Source: Glaucostegus cemiculus (lineage: Eukaryota). From it: a stretch of DNA of 64,000 nt. Position 1 is the stretch's first letter. Every line of letters starts with the position of its first letter. The notes under the pieces are model-generated. The model did not search any database and was not told the DNA's origin. It saw only the letters and a program-made list of their open reading frames with translations. A program made the position numbers and the translations under genes. This document shows, piece after piece, positions 11,374 to 22,882 of this stretch. Where the stretch lies: NCBI GenBank assembly GCA_976551045.1, contig CDPCPM010000077.1, positions 1,674,001-1,738,000 of the forward strand, read 5' to 3'.

Positions 11374-12765
11374 GACACAAGATGCTGGAATCGTAGCAAC
11401 ACACACAAAATGCTGAAGGAACTCAGCAGGTCAGGCAGCATCTATGGAGGGAAATAAACAGTCGACGTTTCGGTCCTTCATCAGGACTGGAAAGAAAGAG
11501 GGAAGAAGCCAGAATAAAAAGGTAGGGGGAAGGAGAGGAGCACGAGCTGGCTGGTGCTAGGTGAGTTCAGGTGAGAGGGGAAAGGCAGGTGGGTGGGAGA
11601 GGAAAGGGAATGATGAGAGAAGCTGGGAGGTGATAGGTGGAAGAGGCAAAGGGCTGAAGAAGGGGGAATCCAATACGAGAGGACACTAGACCATGGAATA
11701 AAGGGTCGGAGGTGGGGAACCAGAGGGAGGGGATGGGCAGGTCATGAGGGCGGTGGGGGAAGAGCAAAGAGAAGGGGTGAGGGGGCCACAGGAAAGAAGG
11801 AAAACAAAGTGGGGAGGTGGAAGGGAGAACAGGAGGGGTTACCGCAAGTTAGAGAAATCGATGTTAATGGTGTCAGGTTGGAGACTACCAGGACGGAATA
11901 TGAAGTGTTTCTCCTCCAACCTGTATCTGGCCTCAGCGTGGCAGTAGATGAGGCTGTGGACAGATGTGTCAGCACGGGAAGTGGAATTGAGTGGCCACCA
12001 GGAGATCCTGCTTGTTGTGGCAGATAGAGTGAAGGCGCTCGGCGAAGGAGTCACCCGATCTGCGTCAGGACTCACCGATGTAGAGGAGGCGACGCCATTT
12101 ATTACTGCATGCAATAAATGACACCCTCAGATTCACAGATGAAGTGCTGCCTCACCTGGAAGGACTATCTAGGGCCCTGAATGGTGGTGAGGGAGGAGGT
12201 GTAGGGGCAGGTGTAGCACTTTGCATGTTGCAGGGATAAGTGCCAGGAGGGTGATTGATGGGGAGGGAAGAGCGGACAGTGGAGTCACAGAGAGAGCAAT
12301 CCCTATGGAAAGCGGAGAAGAGGGGGAGGGGAAGATATGATTAGTGATGGGATCCCATTGAAGATGGCAGAAGTTCCGGAGAACGATATGTTGGGTGCGG
12401 AGGCTCGTGGAGTGGTAGGTGAGGACAAGGGGAACCCTATACCTCTTATGTTGGGGAAGGGGAGGGAATAAGGTGAGGGCAGATTGTGGGAAATGGAGGA
12501 GATGTGGGTGAGGGCTGCATTGATAATGTGGAAGAGAAACTCTGTTTACAGAAAAAAGAGGACATCTCTGATGTCCTGTAATGGGAAGCCTCATCATGAG
12601 AACAGATGTGGCAGATGAACTGAGAGATGGGAATAGCATCCTTAAAAGCAATAGGGCAGGAAAAGGTGTAGTCAAAGGTAACTGTGGGAGTCAGTGGGTT
12701 TGTAGAAGATGTCGGTGGATAATCTGTCTCTGGAGATGGAAGCAGAGATCATGAAAAGGGAGGGA
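11374..12765 (-). mobile_element. Penelope-like retroelement (Neptune-type), 5'-truncated: RT thumb, Cys knuckle, GIY-YIG endonuclease, 3' UTR/pLTR
   Basis: Minus-strand peptides RVPLVLTYH..LRTQHIVLRNF.HLQ.DP..IFPSP, PGTYPCN../KCYTCPY (~12200-12250), GVIYC...LLYIGES (~12068-12126), RLEEKHFIFRPGSLQPDTINIDFSNLR*; followed by a pyrimidine-rich UTR and hammerhead motif. Confidence 0.9.
11459..11489 (-). ncRNA. Minimal type-I hammerhead ribozyme motif (core intact, stem II shortened)
   Basis: Minus strand reads CAGTC CTGATGA AGGACC GAAAC GTC GACTG: stem I CAGTC/GACTG, CUGAUGA and GAAA cores, GUC cleavage triplet; same sense as the Penelope ORF. Confidence 0.7.
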
Positions 12766-14359
12766 AAGAAGAGAAACTGAGCAATGTGACCTTTGGTCCA
12801 CCTGTTTAATGTGCATTTACAGCCTCCCTAGAATTTGTAGCTCTGTACATTTAAGACCAAAGAGAAATGTTGCAGTGAGGAGAAAGACAAAAGCAGGAAG
12901 CTTGCAGACTAGTTACCTAACACCAGTCATGGGGAAAATGCTGGAATCCATTATTAAGAAGATAATAGCAGAGCATTGATTAATATGTTTACATTAAATT
13001 CCTGTGCATTAAGCAATGCAGTAAACCAGTTGGAAATTAGGATCATTATCAGATATTGAGAAGCAGGTGCAGTAGGCTATATTCTCTCCCCATAACTGCT
13101 TGCCACTACCTGACTGACTAGTGTGATTGCACAGCTAACAGCTGTGTTAAGTCAACACCAGGCAGATTTTCCATTAATACGTTAATCTCTGTACTAAAGT
13201 TAGAACTCGGGAATTTCAGTTCCAAAGGGTCCTGCTAGGAAGCTGGAAATTTTAATGTTGCTTATTGAACTATGTAAATAAACTATAAAATGATGTTTCT
13301 ACATTTACTGCCAGCTTAAGTCATTGCAATCTATAAAATATAAAATGTCATTTCTATTACTTTGTGACAATATAAAGCATAATAAACCATTTATGAGACA
13401 TTAAAACTTTAAAAGCAGACAGCAAGAATTGCAGTTTTGTCTGCAGGAACTTAATATTTCTTTTCCAACAGATGTTCCCAAATGTTCCGAACCGAAAAAA
13501 TTGGGTCATAAATCCAGTTTCTTCCACAGTTCTGGAGATGAAATCAGCTAATTACTATGTAATTACATTACCGCAGGTTTGGCCTGATAGTATGGTGGTC
13601 ATGGATTTGAAGTAAATGACATATTCTGCTCCATGTTTTTTTTATCTCAGATTCTAGTTGTTAATCCTTCATAGAGTCATACAGCATGAAAGTTCAGATT
13701 TGTCTCATTTATATTCAGGAGAGCTGTCCTCTATTTAAAAGATATTGAGAGCCACAATTTTTTTGGTTTTTTTATATAACAAAAATAAAATGAGGACCCA
13801 GTAAGAAAGCATTCAAATTCCATCACAGTCAGTGATGAAGGGGGACCAGGGGATTTGTTTCCTTGCTACTCTCACAACTTGTCTCCTGAAATTGAAGCAG
13901 TTACTCATATGTAGATGTTCGCAAAAAAGAATTCACTAATTGCTGAGTAATTATATTACTGTTGCTTTGACTTGGCAACATCATACTTGCGGATTTGATG
14001 TAAATGTCATATGTAAAGGGTCAGTCTTATGTGCTGTTGGGAGACTATGTTCTGAGTGCTGTGTTAACAAGCGCGCATCTTTCAGTGGCGTAAGGCCAAA
14101 TGATAAATTGACAGCATATTATTTCACCTGTCGCTAAGGGGCATGACTTTCCAAAATGTTTAGATGAGATCAGGGCAGGTCAAGTACCAAGGTCTGTTGT
14201 ATGCTGTGTGATTTATGGCCGTTGATAATGGAGTCCATTGTGAACATGTGTATTATTATGCTGTAAGATGTTAGAAATATTGCTGGAGAATTTTAATACT
14301 ATCACAGGGGCTAAGACCATGGATCCCAGTAGTTAATTCAAATCCGTAATGCTAACATG

Positions 14360-14710
14360 AGAGTCACAGGATGGATGGGGAGAGGATATTTCCTTTGCAT
14401 GGAAGAAGGTAGAACTAGAGGTCTGTTCAAAACTATGGGGGTCACCCACTTAAAATACAGAGGAGGTGAATTCTTGTTCTCTGAAGGTTATAAGACTTTG
14501 GGACTGTCTTCCTCAAAGAGTGGTGGAAGCAGAGTGATTGGATGTTTTTAAGGCCGAGGTAGACTGATACTTAATAAGCAATGGGGTGAAAGGTTACTGC
14601 AGGTAAACTGATACAGCTGAGGTTACAATGAAATCAACCACGATCATATTAAATGGCAGAGTAGGCTTGAAGAACTAAGTGGCTAACTCATGCTCTTAAT
14701 TTGTACATCC
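14360..14710 (+). mobile_element. Old CR1 3' end
   Basis: agaactagagg..gaattcttgttctctgaagg..tttttaaggccgaggtagac..tail ggcttgaagaactaagtggctaactcatgctc. Confidence 0.7.
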
Positions 14711-14779
14711 GTATGCCATGTGGTTAAAAGAGTGAAACACCCAGGAATAATCTTGTGCCTTTGTGGTGAAACAAAGTGT

Positions 14780-15045
14780 CATACAGCATGGAGACAGGCT
14801 GTTCGGCCCACCAAGTCCATACTAGCCATGCAGCACTTGGTTTCACTGACCCCATTCTTCCCATACACTCATCAACTCCTCCCAGCTTCTAGCCAACACC
14901 TACACAACAAGGGCACGCTACAGGAGCCAATGAACTTGGGATGTGAGAGGAAACCAGAGTGCTCAGAGGAACATGAGAACTCCAAACATGCCACTGAAGG
15001 TCAGGATTGAACCTGGGTCGTTGGGGCTGTGAGACAGCACTGTGT
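14780..15045 (-). mobile_element. Decayed V-SINE with CR1-type tail
   Basis: Reverse-complement B box (ggattgaacctgggtc), V-core remnant ttgggatgtgagaggaaaccagagtgc, tail catacagcatggagacaggc. Confidence 0.7.
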
Positions 15046-15726
15046 TAGGGGAAATTCTATTGCGGATCTTCTTTGCGAGATCCTTTAGAAATCCCCACTA
15101 TTAATTAATGTGTTTATGAATTTTAAGTGACATCAGGGACCCAAAATCCGACAATAAAACAAAAACAGTTTTATTTATGTTATTGAAGATCGAGGACTTG
15201 CTGCATGGAGTGCAGAATAAGTGATTTTACTTCCACTTCCACTTCCACCGTGCCTGAAATGCCTACACCCACTGGCTCTCAATGATGAGCAACACACACT
15301 TATGTGTGACTTAATTGCCGTGGTCAGTGCAGCCAGCGTGCATAGGCAGGATTTCTCTGCACCTGTGAAGTCTGAGCTGGTCACAAGGTGACTTTGGGAA
15401 CCCAGGTCAAGTAGGTCACTAGTTGCTGTCTAGCCTGCTTCTTCAGACACCCTACCCTGTCTCCCAGATTTCCTCTCCTTCAGCTTGTGACCCTCACTCA
15501 ACACCTCTCGCCTTTCAATCTCACCCCCAACTACTGACCAATACACATCCCCCATGCCTGATCGCCCCTTAACTACCGACACCCATACTTCAACTCCCGA
15601 TCATAGGCCCTCCCAAAGACTGAACCATGATTGAATGCCTCATCTCATGAACAGCTCACACCCTGATCCCTCTACCTATCGGCCTGATCCCTCACCCTCT
15701 CCTCCATACCCAACCAGACAGAAAAG

Positions 15727-16287
15727 TAGCAACACACGATCTGCTGGAGGAACTCAGCGGGTCGAGCAGCATCTATTGTGAATGTTTGGGTTAAAACCCT
15801 GCATCAGGACTGAGAGTGGAGAGGGGAAATAGCCAGTATAAAGAGGGGGTGAGACAGAGATGATTGGTGGACTGAGGAGGGGTTGAAAGATGACGGACAG
15901 GTTGCAGCAGGTGGGAGAGGGGAGGGGGTCGAGTTGGGAGACATTGACAGATGGATGATAGCTGGAGGCAGATAAAGAGAAAAAAATGAGAGGCATTTGA
16001 GGGGAGGGTGAAAGTTGCAGACAACTGCTGGAGGGAGATTCACAGGAACACAAAGGGCTACCGACCGGTGCTGGAATCCGATAAATAAAGGAGGTGATGA
16101 TGGGGAAGTGGGGAAGTCTATGGGTGAACTGTGTGTGTAGCAGGTGGATGGAACCAGGAAGGGGAGGGAAGAAACATCGGCAATCCCTCACCCCCCCCCC
16201 CGCCCCTCCACAGATGCTGCTCGACCTGCTGAGTTCCTCCAGCAGATTGTAGCTCCAGATTCCAGCATCTGCAGTCTCTTGTGTCTC
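15727..16287 (-). mobile_element. Penelope 3' UTR/pLTR fragment bounded by inverted pLTR copies
   Basis: 15739-15774 atctgctggaggaactcagcgggtcgagcagcatct is inverted at ~16212-16246. Degenerate hammerhead on the minus strand at ~15781-15812 (GTC CTGATGC A GGGTT TT AACCC AAAC). Confidence 0.8.
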
Positions 16288-16944
16288 CAGACTGGAGGAT
16301 AAACTGGTACGCAAACTGACAAGAAAGCTTTCAAAGCTACATGTGGTTGCTGGAAGAACTTTGTAATTTTATCCCTGCTCCCCCCTCCAGTATTAAAGTA
16401 CTTGAGTGGTTTCAGTGATGAGATGGTATACTGCATTTTACATGGTCATCTGTCAGCCATCACTCATCGCAGTAGGTACATTCACCCCAGAGAGTCCTCA
16501 AAGTTGGATGCAGCGTCCAGCTTCCCTGTCATCAAGCTCATTGAGAGTTGTGTGTTGACACTGGGTTGTATCGCACATCACAGGAACAAACAGGAATTTC
16601 ATGCTTTGCATTCTTCTTTAAAGAGCAGGCAGCTCAGGGCATCCAGCAGGGATCAGAGGCACACGCTGTTAATGAGCAAACATTTGCTCTGCACCTTGAG
16701 ACAGCTAATAAAACCACGGTTTAACATCTCGCCCAAGCGCTGGTGTCTTTGATAGCGCAGGACTCTCTAGGCAGTCCACACCAGTAAACATGCATTCTGT
16801 CGTTCCTGGAAAGTATCCCTGAAGGTGATAAAGTAGGAGCGGGGGCAACTGACAATCGATGGCTTTGCACTGAATGTTGTCCTCTCTCTATATTATAGCC
16901 TTTGTTCATTTTTGCAGAAGAATGAAATTTTAGCATAAATTTGA

Positions 16945-17876
16945 GTCACAAAAGACTGCAGATGCTGGAATCAACAACTCTGCTTTCACCAGTCTCTCAG
17001 GCGGTGTATTCCAGGTACTCACCGATCTCTGGGTGAATGTACTCGGTGACTGAGCTGCCACGGCTCTGGTGAATTCCAAAGATCCATCACCCTAGGGGTG
17101 AAGCTTCTTCTCATCTCTGACCTGAATGGTGAAACAACCTGCAGGAGGAACTCGGCGAGTTGAGCAGCATATTCCGACTGGGAATTCTACAAACCAGTGG
17201 CATGAACATTGAGTTTTCCAGCTTTCGGTAGACCTCCTCTCTGGTGTGTTATTCCTCTTCCCCACCACCCCCCTTTCCAATCCTCCTCCCACCTTTGTCA
17301 CCCTTCCCTCCTCCCCATCCCCTTATCACCCATCTTTGCCTCCCTCCCCCTTCTTAGTTCACTCACAGGTTCCTTCCCCCCATCCCCTCCCCAATCTGGT
17401 TTTTGTTCCGTCCGCCACTCATATCTCCCTGAATGGTTCCTGCTTCACCTCCTTTACATATCAGATTCCAGCACTGGGAGTCTTATGTGTTTCTGCTAAT
17501 CACCCTCCAGGATTCACCCTCCCCTCACTTCCCCCCCACCTCACTCCCCCCACCTCACTCCATCTGCCTCCCATCTTTTTGTCTGCCTCCATCTATCAGC
17601 CACCTGCCTCTTGTCTTCCAAATCCCCCCCTTCCACACCCCTCTTCCTCAACTTGCCTGTCATTCTTCACCCCCTCCTCAGTCTACCAATCACCTACTGG
17701 CCCCTGTCTCACCACTCCCCTTTTCCTCTGTACGTGGGCTATTTCCCCCTCTCCATTCTGTCCTGATGCAGGATTTCAAACCAAAACGTTGACAATTCCT
17801 TCCCCCCCACCCTGCCCCACCCCATCACAGATGCTGCTCGACCTGCTGAGTTCCCCCAGCAGATTTTTTGTTGCTT
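16945..17876 (+). mobile_element. Penelope 3' fragment with inverted pLTR piece at its 5' end, itself interrupted by a CR1-derived segment
   Basis: Inverted pLTR pieces at 16945-16972 and 17132-17170; ORF end IFRLGILQTSGMNIEFSSFR* from ~17170; pyrimidine-rich UTR; degenerate hammerhead 17758-17795; terminal cagatgctgctcgacctgctgagttcc. Confidence 0.8.
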
Positions 17877-18189
17877 AAGAATAAACTGGCTGGTTATTGC
17901 CAAGTTTATTGTAATATCTTGCTTTTCCACCTTCTACAAAAGCTGAGCTTGCCTCCTCTGAAAACAACCTCGATAATTCCTCCTTTCTCCTCGGCATCCA
18001 TCATTATGAGAACCAGAAATGTGCCTTTAGCCATGTCAGTGTTCTTTTGCATGCATCATCATTCACTCTGTCCTTTCAAAGCACCTGGCCACAATCTTAA
18101 ATGCATTCATTCCACAACTTCACTCTTTCTATTCATTAGACATGTTTGCATCTAAGCTGCTATTGCCCTTATTATTTCATGGTCTAAAA

Positions 18190-18500
18190 AACTAATGTGT
18201 GTTTCCTTTTAATCAAATACCCTTTGAAAGTCTGTATGCACAATGCTAATTGTACTGCCCTCAATCATGCTCTCTGGGACTCCATCAAAAATCTCAATCA
18301 TCTTAGTTAAACAGGACTTTTCCTTTGCAAAACATGATGGCTTTAATTGATGCTTGCCCAAGTGGCTGTTAATTTTGGTCACAGACATTTTTATTTCAAA
18401 TGCTTCGCCAATATTAAACTGACTGGCGGATAGTTGTTAAGTTTATTGTTCTTCCTGTCTTGTAAATAAGGTGTAACAGTTATCATCCTCCAGCTACTGA
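18190..18500 (-). mobile_element. Old CR1 RT fragment
   Basis: aaactgactggcggatagtt is the reverse complement of the NYRPVSL motif; ttcctttgcaaaacatg corresponds to HGFxKG. Confidence 0.55.
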
Positions 18501-18529
18501 GGCAGATGATGCAATGGAATCAATTTAAC

Positions 18530-19500
18530 AGAACCATAACCCATCATAATATGAAATATAAGCAGGAGTAAGTAATTTGTTCTCTTGTACCTACTGCTCC
18601 ACTTAAGATAAGATTTCTTTATTAGTCACATGTACATCGAAACACACGGTGAAATCCATCTTCTTGCACCAAGTGTTCTGGGGACAACCCACGGGTGTCG
18701 CCACACATCCAGCACTAACATAGCATGCCCACAGCTTCCTAACCCGTATGTCTTTGGAATGTGGGAGGAAACCGGAGCACCCGGAAGAAACCCATGCAGA
18801 CACAGGGAGAATGTATATTCTCCTTACAGACAGCGCCCAGAATTGAACCCGGCTTGCTGGCGCTGTAATAGCAACACTGATCCTTTATCTAAATGGCACT
18901 TCCCTGCATTAACCTAATTTCCCATAGTATCAAAAATCTTTCCGTCTCTGCCTTGAATATAGAGTTATAGGGTCATTCAACATGGAAACAGACCATTCGA
19001 CCCACCAAATCCATGCTAACCAGTGGACACCCATCTGTCTGCCAGCAGTCTGTCCATGGCCTTCTATGCCTAGGTGATTCAAATGCTTGTCTAGAAACTC
19101 ATTAAATGCTGTCAGCAACTCTGCTTCCACCAGTTTCTCAGGCAGTCTATTCCACGTACTCACCACTCTCTGGGTGAATATATTCAGTGGCTGAGCATCC
19201 ACAGCAGTCTTAGCTAGTGAATTCCAAACCACTCTTTGGGTGGTGAAATGTCTCATCTCTGACCTCTGTGGCCAAATCCTTTACTTTGAGACTTTGACCC
19301 TGTTTCTCTTCAGCCAGGAAACCATCAACTCCACATCTTCCCTTTGAAGCCCCTGAAGGGTTTTGTATGTTTCAATGAGATCTCCTTTCATCTAAACTTG
19401 AGAGAACAAGGTTAACCATACAACAAGTCTGCCATCCCTAGAATCAATCTGTGAAACTTTGCTGCATTTCTTCAATCACAAGTATATCCTTCCTTAAGTA
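18530..19500 (-). mobile_element. CR1 3' end containing a nested V-SINE (18605-18878) and a nested second CR1 tail (18962-19174)
   Basis: ORF 18930-19256 shows the motif twice (FTTQRVVWNSL.. and IFTQRVVSTWNRLP). The inner CR1 is flanked by tgaatata at 18954-18961 and 19175-19182. Confidence 0.75.
18605..18878 (-). mobile_element. Young V-SINE subfamily with Rex1-like tail
   Basis: Reverse complement of the element at 49224-49521. Confidence 0.9.
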
Positions 19501-19650
19501 GGAAGGAAGGAAAAGTTAGAGTAAGCAGTAAAGCTAGCCAGAAATGTAAAAGCAATAAGAGTTTCCTTAGATATCTAAAAAGGAAATGTGCTAATGAAGT
19601 AAGTGTTGTTCCTATCAAAAGTGAGTCTGGTGAGAATTAGTGAAGGAAAA

Positions 19651-20008
19651 TGGAGTGGCACAGTGGGCAGCTAGTAGAGCTGTTACCTCACAGTGCCAGT
19701 GACCTGGGTTCGATCCTGATGTTGGGCGCTGTCTGTGCGGAATTTGCACATTCTCCCTGTGCCTCTGTGTGTTTCCTCCAGGTGCTCCAGTTTGCTCCCA
19801 CTTCCCAAAGATGGGAGGGTCGATAGGTAAAATGGCCTCTGTAAATTGCCCTTTGTGTGTAGTTGAGTGGTAGTATCTGAGCAGAGATGATGAGAGTGTG
19901 TGGAGAATTATAAAAAACTGGGATTCTTGTAGGATTGGTGTAAATGAGTGGTTAATGAGTGGCTCTATTTTGATGGGCTGGGGGTGCGTGTATCCTTGCT
20001 GTGTGACT
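19651..20008 (+). mobile_element. V-SINE with CR1-type tail
   Basis: A box tggcacagtgg, B box ggttcgatcct, V core, tail ccttgctgtgtgactc. Confidence 0.85.
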
Positions 20009-20012
20009 CGAA

Positions 20013-21321
20013 GATGGTATTGGTTTATTATTGTCACTTGTACCGAGGTACAGTGAAAAGCTTGTCTTACAAACTGATCATACAGGTCAATTCATTACAC
20101 AGTGCAGTTACACTGAGTCAGTACAGAGTACATTGATGTAGTGCAGATAAAAACAATAACAGGACAGAGCAAAGTGTCACAGCTACAGAGAAAGTGCAGT
20201 GCAATATGGTGCGAAGTCACAACAAGGTAGATCGTGAGGTCAGAGTCCATCTCATTGTATAAGGGAACTGTTCAATAGTCTTATCATAGTGGGGGTAGAA
20301 GCTGTCCTTAAGTCTGGTGATATGTGCCTTCAGGCTCCTGTATTTTCTATCCAATGGAAGAGGAGAGAAGAGAGAATGACCTGGGTGGGTGAGGTCTTTG
20401 ATCATGCTGGCTGCTTCACCAAGACAGCGAGAGGTAAAGATAGAGTCCAAGGATGGGAGGCTGGTGTCTGTAATGTGCTGGGCTGTGTCCACAGCTCTCT
20501 GCAGTTTCTTGCGGTCCTGGGTAGAGCAGTTGCCGTACCAAGCCATGATACATCCAGATAGGATGCTTTCTGTAGTGCATTGATAAAAGTTGGTGACAGT
20601 CAAAGGAGAAAAAACAAATTTCCTTAGCCTCCTAAGGAAGTAGAGGCACTGGTGAGCTTTCTTGGCAGTGGCATCTACATGATTTGACCAGGACAGGCTG
20701 TTGGTGATGTTCACATCCAGGAACTTGAAGCTCTCAACCCTCTCGACCTCAGCACCATTGATGTAGACAGGTGCATGTACACTGCCCCCTTTCCTAAAGT
20801 CAATGACCAGCTCTTTTGTTGACATTGAGGGAAAGGTTGTTGTCATGACACCGTTCCATTGAGCTCTCTACCTCCTTCCTGTACTCTGACTCATCGCTGT
20901 TTGCGATATGGCCTACAATGGTGGTATCATCTGCAAACTTGTAGATGGAGTTCGAGCAGAATCTGGCCACACACAGTCATGAGTGTATAGGGAGTAGAGT
21001 AGAGGGCTGAGGACGCAGCCTTGTGGGGCACCAGTGTTGAGAATTATCGTGCCGGAGGTATTGCTGCCTATCCTCACTGATTGCAGTCTGTTTGTTAGAA
21101 AGTCAAGGATCCAGTTACAGAGGGAGGTATTGAGTCCTAGGTCTCGGAGTTTGGTGACAAGCTTGCTTGGGATCATTGTATTGAAGACAGAGCTGGAGTC
21201 AATAGATAATTGTCTAACATAGGTGTCTTTACTGTCCAGATGCTCCAGAGCTGAGTGGAGGGCCAGGGAGATGGATTCCACTGTAGTCCTGTTTCGGCAG
21301 TAGGCGAATTGCAATGGGTTC
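20013..21321 (-). mobile_element. Rex1/Babar LINE, 5'-truncated (RT domain to 3' UTR), frameshifted
   Basis: [63 protein letters not shown]; TKELVIDFRK..VERVESFKFL..LSWSNH..KKAHQCLYFLRRLRKF..ESILSGCI.AWYGNC. Confidence 0.93.
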
Positions 21322-21687
21322 AAATGGCAAATAAATTAAACAGTTATCTTGCATCAGTCTTCACAGTATAGGATACACAAAACATCCCAGAAATAGTTGT
21401 AAATCTGGAATTGGAAGGGAGAAGGACTAGAGAAAATTGCAATCACCATGGCAATGATAGGGAGCAAAATGTCGGAGCCACAGGCTGACAAATGCCGAGG
21501 TCCTGATCAACTTCATTCCAGGAACTTAAGAGAAGAGGTCGATATGGGTAATTAGACCACAAGACATAGGAGCAGAATTAGGCCATTCAGCCCTTCGAGT
21601 CTGCTCCTGAAGAGCAGAGTTGATGTGTTAGATTTTATGTCCCAAAATCTCCTGGATTCAGGGTAAGTTGCATTAGGTTGGAAAATC

Positions 21688-22210
21688 AGAACATCAGAAT
21701 CAGTTTTATTGTCACAACCATATACATACATGGTACGCATAGGAGCAAGATACCGTCCTCCACAGGAACACGTCTCATAAAAAAGAATAACATAACAACC
21801 AACAGAGAGACACATACACACTTGGCAGAATACACAGTACAAAACATTACCCATTAGTTCTTACATAAATAGATCTTAAAGTGAACGGGCTGGTGTCGGG
21901 CATTTAAAGTGCTGGTGCATTTCTGTGCACCTAGCATCTCCTAGTGTTAACAAAGGAAGATGGAGGGATGAGAGAGTTTGCAGTTCTTATGGCTTGCGGA
22001 AAGAAGCTATTGTTCAGCCTGGACGTTCTTGCCCTGATACATTTAAGCCTCCTCCCTGATGGCAAAATTGTGAAGAGGTGGTGGGAGGGGTGAGAGGGGT
22101 CGGCCATTATGCTTTTGGTCTTCCTCACACAACGGTCTTTGTATATGTCTGCGAGGGATGGAAGCGAGACACCTATGATCCACTCCGCAGCCTTAACTAT
22201 CTTCTGGATA
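21688..22210 (-). mobile_element. Rex1/Babar-type LINE 3' end (second family)
   Basis: IQKIVKAAEWIIGVSLPSL..DPSHPSHHLFTILPSGRR..ARTSRLNNSFFPQAIR; tail ..gtgacaataaaactgattctga. Confidence 0.85.
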
Positions 22211-22224
22211 TAGCAAATGTAATT

Positions 22225-22520
22225 CCCTATTATTCGCAGGGAGACCAGACCTGCACTCACTATTCCCTACGCAGTCTCACCAGGGCCCTATATAATTGGA
22301 GAAAGGCATCTCTACTTTTGTACTCAAATTCTCTTCCAGTGAAAACCAACATACTGTTCATTGCTGTCCTAATTGCTGAACCTACATGTTAACATTGAAT
22401 AAGTTGTGTTTAAGGTCCTTCTGATCTCCAACACCTTTCAATCTCTGACCATTTAAAAATATTCATCCTTTCTATTTTTTCTACCAGAGTGAACAGCTTG
22501 ATATTTTTTCTGCTTTATCT
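22225..22520 (-). mobile_element. Old CR1 fragment
   Basis: gagaccagacctgcactcactattcc..cagtctcaccagggccctatata is the reverse complement of LYRALVR.LE..VQVWSP. Confidence 0.65.
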
Positions 22521-22784
22521 GCACCTTTCAGCAGGAGATGTGAACTACTACATGCAGCCCTGGACTTCCGACCTCCAACTGGGGTCATTGGCTGTTCCTT
22601 CCAGCGGGTCAGAACCAGAGATAGTTGTGTGATGGGATTTTCATGGCAGTGTCCAATCTGTGCACGGCCCTTGGTTAATGTTATTGTCATGCAAGTGGTG
22701 GCCAGGGGTTACTCTGTAGCCTCAATGTTAAATGCTGTTGAAACCTCAACAGGCGTGATGGAGGTGACCAGGATTCTAATGCAG

Positions 22785-22882
22785 ACGTTAGAGAGACTGC
22801 AGATGCTGGAAATCTGGAAACACAAACACAAAATGCTGCAGGAACTCAGCAGGTCAGGCAGCATCTGTGGAGGGAAATGAAC
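22785..22882 (-). mobile_element. Solo Penelope pLTR tail (part downstream of the hammerhead cleavage site)
   Basis: gactgcagatgctggaaatctgg..ggaactcagcaggtcaggcagcatctgtggagggaaatgaac; possible TSD attctaa at 22773-22779 and 22883-22889. Confidence 0.75.

Larger units (their letters stand above)
19505..21685 (+). mobile_element. CR1 ORF2 internal fragment split by a V-SINE plus Rex1 insertion
   Basis: 19505-19650 (..KSFLRYLKRK..V.PI.SE.GE) resumes at 21322 ([26 protein letters not shown]), colinear with 43600-44010. Confidence 0.7.

Noticed and set aside
17246-17878. 210-aa Pro/Ser-rich ORF (and similar ones at 15754-16314, 23548-23868)
   Set aside because: Artefact of C/T-rich Penelope UTR sequence, which is poor in stop codons.
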